A DNA stretch of 64,000 bases, taken from assembly GCF_009914755.1 (NCBI RefSeq), contig NC_060933.1. The stretch is one strand, 5' to 3'. Shown piece after piece: positions 55,141-64,000 of the stretch; the first letter of the stretch is position 1; the number at the start of each line of letters is the position of its first letter. The translations under genes and the position numbers were made by a program. The stretch comes from the human T2T-CHM13v2.0 reference genome, Homo sapiens. The notes beneath the pieces were generated by a model. The model searched no databases. It saw only the letters and a list, made by a program, of their open reading frames with translations, and was not told the origin of the DNA.

Positions 55141-56109
55141 CTTCCTACAATGTATGACTAGATTACAAAGTTTTCTATTCTTTTCTTTTAAAAATAAATA
55201 TCTTAGCTGCCTGTTTTCATTCTGGCCATCAAAATTGCCTAAAGTCTTTGTGGGCAATATCATCAACCCCTGAGGGAAATTCAAGATATTCCCAACACAG
55301 AAATATTCTTAGCTGAAAAGAGTATGGGATGACAATTTTCAACCTGGCACATATAAAAAGAAGAAAAATGTTGGGTAAATGAACAGCAAAAGAAAGATGA
55401 CATTCATATGTCCTATGCAATTCTGAATACTTATTTTATGTAGGTGAATATTTTAATGAAAGACATTTATTGATCCAAAATATTTTTTAACTTAACGAAC
55501 TTTGGCAAAACAATGCCCTTCAGTCAGTGACTATATTATCAAGTTTCATCTACCTCTGATCAAGGAAACAAAAATAATAGTAATTCCATACTCAGTATGT
55601 GTGAGAAAATAAGAGCTGTGTTTAATTCTAAATATTTTGAGTTATGCCACATAACAGTATACATTTATTTTGAGTTCGTATGTAGAATTAGACTACTTTT
55701 TAATTTTGGGAACATGGAGAACAATATTATAGGATTATATTAGTAAGGCTATGGTAAATACTAACATTAAGCTCTCCTTATGTGCCACACACAGTTCCTT
55801 CACCAAAATGGGCAGAATTTTAGCTGAAGACTAATAGTGAAGCCTAGACATTCATGCAGAAATTAAACAACTCGACCATTATTAGAATATAGTAAACATA
55901 TACATGTTCAATACCAGCCTCTTCTTTTCTCACTTTATGTTTTTTGAATGTCATTAGATTTACATATCCTGCTAACATAACATAAAAACAAACCTTAAGT
56001 TTCAAGAAATTAACAATTCTAGTTACATACTATTTACATGTTTTTCTTATTAACTATTAGTTATTTCAAAATTTACCTTTTATGTTTGGAGATAAAAAAT
56101 ATCTAATAG

Positions 56110-56455
<346 letters not shown>

Positions 56456-57206
56456 TCTTTTTTAATTATTTTGAAAGGCTACTTTAGTTTTCCTAGTAAT
56501 CCATGTGAATGTATTCTCTATGAACTATAGTGTGTGTGTTTACTTTTTATATATAGAATACTACTGAGGAACAAGCTGTTTCTGTAAATCAAATGGGACT
56601 GAAACTCTACGTTGGTTGTGTTCTACATGTTACAGAGACCTGGACAGAGACAGTATGATCATCTCATGAACATCACATAATCTCCTGTCACAGTCCCAAG
56701 ACAAAACATTTCCTTAAAATCAAGACTTGCTTTAATAACCATCACATTTATTACAATAATACCTTCCCACTATAATCAATATGGATATAAACAGCCTTTG
56801 TTCTATTTTTCTCATACTTGGAAGACTTTTGCTTTCATTCTGTGAAAATCTTGTATTTCTCCTCAATTATTCTAATTAGAAAACTAGTGCTGGGGGAGAA
56901 AAAATAAAACAGCACAGAAAGGAAAGGGCCTCCTGCAATGCACTGTTTAGACAGATAAGGTAGCCAGGCCAGGCGATGGTCAGGTAGGGACTGCCTTCTT
57001 CTCTCTGGTGGTGATAATTGAGAATTGCTGCGAGGTGTGGAAGTGGAGCTGATTGAGCCAGAGCACAGTCCAGCTTTGTTCCATGTTCTCTACATAAAAT
57101 AATCCATAATCTTCAGCATTAAGACCTCATGATCTCATGTTTTGAGAAGGAGAGTTGAGAAACACCTACTAGTCTTATGATAGGTTGAGTACTTTAAAGA
57201 GTTTTG

Positions 57207-57504
57207 GGCCAGGTGCGGTGGCTCACGCCTGTAATCCCAGCACTTTGGGAGGCTGAGGCACATGGATCACGAGGTCAGGAGATCAAGTCCATCCTGGCCA
57301 ACACAGTGAAACCCTGTCTCCACTAAAAATACAAAAAATTAGCCGAGCATGGTGGCCTGCACCTGTAGTCCCAGCTACTCGGGAGGCTGAGGCAAGAAAA
57401 TCGCTTGATCTGGGGAGGTGGAAATTGCATGAGCTGAGATTGCACCACTGCACTCCAGCCTGGGTGACAGAGTTAGACTCCATCTCAAAAAAAAAAAAAA
57501 AAAA
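57207..57504 (+). mobile_element. Alu (AluSc-like)
   Basis: 'gatcacgaggtcaggagatcaag...atcctggccaaca'; TSD aaaga(g/a)ttttg. Confidence 0.93.
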
Positions 57505-58075
57505 AGAATTTTGAAGCTTCTTAATTCCATTTATTTAAGACATTATTCTCATTGGGATTAGGGGGGAATCCCTGAATTTTGGTAAAAACAAATCCAAGTC
57601 ACAAAATCAGAAAAAAAAAAAAGGGAAGATATAGGATGATGCGTTTCATTCTTCATATGAATATGCATTTTACACATATATAACTAAGACCAATTTTGGA
57701 TTTATTTCCAGGCTTGGGGATAACTTATGGAAACTTTTAACGTTAAAGTTAAATTTGCAATTCAGAATTAATCCATACATTATTTCACTGTTTTCTTGTT
57801 GATATTAAATGCTGCTGACTCAGTAAAGTTTATTATTTGAATATAACAAGAATGTGTGAGTTGTAAATTCCATGCTAAAGTCTGGAACATTTCTACAAAA
57901 TTCAGTTTAGCAAATATTTGTTAAGACTTCAGTCAAAGCCTTTTACAACTGCACTGCTCTAGGTTTTGAGGACTCAAAATAATATCTGCTCACAAACCAG
58001 ACATGCAGACAAATAAGGTTCTATGTATTAAGGTCAATAATAGAATTTTGCTGAAGACAAAATATTATCGCAGAC

Positions 58076-58246
58076 ACAAAAAAATTAGCCAGGCATGGTG
58101 GCAGGTGCCTGTAATCCAAGCTACTCAGGAGGCTAAGGAAGGAGAATAGCTTGAACCCAGGAGGCGGAGGTTGCAGTGAGCCAAGGTCACATCACTGCAC
58201 TCATCTTGGGCAACAGAGTGAGACTTCATCTCAAAAAAAAAAAAAA
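58076..58246 (+). mobile_element. Alu right monomer only
   Basis: 'acaaaaaaattagccaggcatgg' to poly-A; no left arm. Confidence 0.85.
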
Positions 58247-58519
58247 TCTTGATTCATTTATCCCCTGTGCTTCATAGCATTCAGAGTCTTCCATATTTTC
58301 TGGGAGTTTCTTGGTTAGTTGGGCTTGGCCTCTCCTCACTTACTGTTGGTGCCTGCCCTCTTCTCTGTGCTCCAGAGCAGATCATGTTTTCTCTACTCAG
58401 TTCCCTCTAGTGAGGAGACTCATCCCACTTTCACCCCCACCTTAGCACCAAGCACCATTAATTCAAGACCACCATGTGGAGGAGATAAGGGAGAATTACA
58501 TCCCATGAAGAGCAGCAAA

Positions 58520-58660
58520 ATGCATAAACATGCATATATATACACATATATGCATGTATATGCACACATACACACAGATACATATATATGCATATATACA
58601 TACACACATATATACACGTATACACATATATACACACACACATATATACATACATATATT
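58520..58660. repeat. (TA/CA)n alternating purine-pyrimidine low-complexity tract
   Basis: Directly visible. Confidence 0.92.
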
Positions 58661-58897
58661 GCCACCACTATCCTGAATCTCCTCATTTATTCCCATCAGA
58701 AGGAATTTCTCCACCCCACCCTACCATTTTCTTGGAACTTCTAGTCTCTCTCACATTATTAATTCTACACCTGGGGCTGCCTTGCCCCCTCTTGCTAACT
58801 GCCTGGTGGTAACTTGGCACTCCTCTTAGTTACTGCTTAACATTACAGCTCACCCTTTTTTACGTCATATTTATGAAGCATTAAATATTCTAAAAGT

Positions 58898-59183
58898 GGT
58901 CGGGCGCAGTGATTCATGCCTGTAATCTCAGCACTTTGGGAGACCAAAGCGGGCAGATCACGAAGTCAGGAGTTCAAAACCTCCTGACCAACATGGTGAA
59001 ACCCTGTCTCTACTACAAATACAAAAATTAGCTGGGCATGATGGCACATGTCTGTAATCCCAGCTGCTCAAGAGGCTGAGGCAAGATAATCACTTGAACC
59101 TGGGAGGCAAAGGTCACAACGAACCGAGATTTGTCACTCCAGCCTGGGTGACAGAGCAAGACTCTCAAAAAAAAAAAAAAAAA
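58898..59183 (+). mobile_element. Alu (AluS-type)
   Basis: Full dimer with poly-A. Confidence 0.92.
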
Positions 59184-59752
59184 GCTACTTTGTCTAGGGT
59201 ACCCTATTATACCAAGGAATTTAGTGCCTCATGAAAAAAGACTCTCAAAGATGTTTTTCTAAACAATAGAACCTTCTACCTTAGAAATCATTTATGATAT
59301 TATCCAACATCATTATTTTTTATTTTATATATATTTTTCACTACAATAAAAATCTTTCAAATATATCAAAATACAATTTTATTAAAACGGAAAAGTTGTT
59401 TATTAGATAATCTTTTAATTTTAACATATTAATTTATCTGTCGGGGTTCTATGTCATTCACTCAGGAAGAGAATTCAATGAATAATGTGGTACCTTCACA
59501 TATCAGTAGAACTTTTTCACAAAAATGGGCAATTTTTCATTTTTCGGAGTGAACACTGAGCCACCACCTGAGGAAAAATAAATGATCATTTTTAACAATT
59601 AAAGTTACTATTTTTTTAATCATCTGGTATTTTAAGATGTTTTTAGACTTATAGATCAAGATAAGAAGTTAGCATGCATTTATCCTTCTTTCAATTTGTA
59701 TCCATCCCTAACTTATTTCTTCCTATTGTGCAATAACTCATTATTAAGCTGA

Positions 59753-60120
<368 letters not shown>

Positions 60121-60171
60121 TACAAATTTTCTTTGTAACTTACTTTATTATTAAATTGTTCTTCCTAATTC

Positions 60172-60182
60172 TTTTTTATTTT

Positions 60183-60217
<35 letters not shown>

Positions 60218-60487
60218 TTTTTTGAGATGGAGTCTTGCTCTGTTGCCCAGGCTAGAGTGCAGTGGTGCAATCTCAGCTCACAGCAACCTCCTCCACCTCC
60301 CAGGTTAAAGCCACTCTCCCACCTCAGCCTCCAGAGTAGCTGGGATTACAGGCATGCACCACCACACCCGGCTAATTTTGTATTTTTGGTAGAGACAGGG
60401 TTTCTCCATGTTGGTCAGGCTGGTCTCAAACTCCCAACCTCAGGTGGTCTGCCTGCCTTGGCCTCCCAAAGTGTTGGAATTACAGGT
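60172..60487 (-). mobile_element. Alu (AluSp-like) with (TTTA)n tail
   Basis: 'tttctccatgttggtcaggctggtctcaaactcccaacctcaggt'. Confidence 0.92.
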
Positions 60488-60861
60488 GTGAGCCACCGCA
60501 CCCAGCCTGGTCTTTTAAAATTTGACCTAAACAGTTCATCCTCTCATGTTCTTCATGAGCGAGGAAGGTCCACTATTTTTCCCTTGTTATTTTAATAAAA
60601 ACAACTATTTACCTTGAATATACTGAATATACACAAAATACATATTCATTTACACACCATGGCTTTTTAAAAGGGTTGTCCTTAGATGTGGCCTCCAGGG
60701 ATAGTTAAGCTGTAAATGGAAGGCTTCATATGTAAAGACATTTTCCTTTTGACCTTGTCTCTTATACTGAGTGTGTGTGTGTGTCTGCTTTCAGTGGTAG
60801 AAGTTAAGGGGAATCTCTATGATTGTTTTTCTTTCTCTCCATTTATCCCTCACTTTCTTCC

Positions 60862-61522
<661 letters not shown>

Positions 61523-61664
61523 TAATTTTATGTTAAAGATTTTTGAATTTTGTTAATCTATTTTATTTTCCTTCATAAAATGATCAAAGCTAGAAATAAC
61601 ATTACAAAGTATATCATAATCATTAATAGAAAGAGATCTATAATCAGCTTAAATTTCTTTTCTC

Positions 61665-61825
61665 TCTTTTCTAGTTATGTGATCTTAGGCAAGTTACATA
61701 AATTACCTGTGTTCAGTTTATTTACTCGTGAAATGGGGAAAATAATGGTGCCTGTCTCTGGGTAAGATTGTAGTGAGGGTGAATAACAGATTTATCAAGC
61801 ATAAAGCAGTGCCTGGGACACAGGA
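61665..61825 (+). mobile_element. MIR SINE
   Basis: 'ctagttatgtgatcttaggcaagttac...gtgaaatggggaaaataat...cagtgcctgggacacagga'. Confidence 0.82.
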
Positions 61826-61862
61826 ATTGCCCTCTCTGCATGCCCCTGCATATGTGTGCATA

Positions 61863-63372
<1,510 letters not shown>

Positions 63373-63409
63373 TAAAATTACTAGTCTTCAAAAATCAGTT
63401 GTATCTTCA

Positions 63410-63990
63410 ACATTTCCTACCTCTGCAAAATGCATCACCATTCTCCCAGTTACCCAGGCTTAAAACCTCAGAATTCTATCAAATTATTTCATTTCCTTAC
63501 ATCTCATGTTTAATTAGTCACTGATTCCCATCAATTTTCCCCTATCATGTTTAATAGTACCAACACATTATTTCTCTTAGAAAAACATGTTTCTAGTTTA
63601 GGTTCTTAATGTAGCCTATTTTTAAAATATCTCAAAGTTTGCCATACAGTCTTTATTTCTTATTTCTTAAAATATTTTCTACATTTTGATACAACTAACC
63701 TTTCTAAAGCATAAATATCTCACTTTGTCACTTGTCTGCCCCAAAAAAAACATAAAAATATCTTCTTGGTCTAGAAAGTAAAATTATAATGCTTGGCATA
63801 ATGTAGACAGAAATAGAAATTCCCATTTATCCTTTTTCTCCTTTGCCCCCACACTTTTCTTCCATGTTCACATCAGTACCTAATGTCCCAGACATATGGA
63901 ATTCATTGTTTCATGAATAGAGCCAACACATTCTAACTACCATGCATTTAGTCAAACCATCTGGCCACCTGGAATTTCCTACCATCCCCC
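63410..63990 (+). mobile_element. L2 LINE 3' fragments
   Basis: 'atcaccattctcccagttacccaggcttaaaacct' and 'ctttctaaagcataaatatct' follow the L2 consensus. Confidence 0.55.
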
Positions 63991-64000
63991 ATAAAATTTA

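Overview
Primate (human or great-ape-like) pericentromeric DNA with no intact protein-coding gene that I can support. Bases 1 to ~33,987 are one uninterrupted array of ~171-bp alpha-satellite monomers, all reverse-complement to the usual ALR consensus and with no transposon insertion visible by eye. The array has sharp, in-phase layers: (i) 1-19,020, irregular A/B-type monomers with many CENP-B boxes (SF5/R1R2-like), containing a diverged 15-monomer tandem duplication and smaller recent copy events; (ii) 19,020-21,720, A-type only; (iii) 21,720-33,987, A-type only with dimer periodicity, interrupted at ~29,960-31,400 by an island of layer-(i) monomers. The array ends on ~2 units of 48-bp CER satellite. 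The remainder (34.1-64 kb) is euchromatin-like sequence, probably segmentally duplicated. It holds MLT1, MER5, MIR and L2 relics, a 5'-truncated L1PA2/3-like element with TSDs, an ERVL pol/dUTPase remnant with LTR, old L1M pieces, a TA-flanked Tigger3-type element and ~23 Alus. The ORF track is mostly artefact from satellite, Alu and microsatellite; only the L1 ORF2 and ERVL pol remnants derive from real coding sequence. I found no new biological system. The most notable items are mutational and structural footprints. Repeat names come from recalled consensus motifs, not database searches, and coordinates were read by eye.
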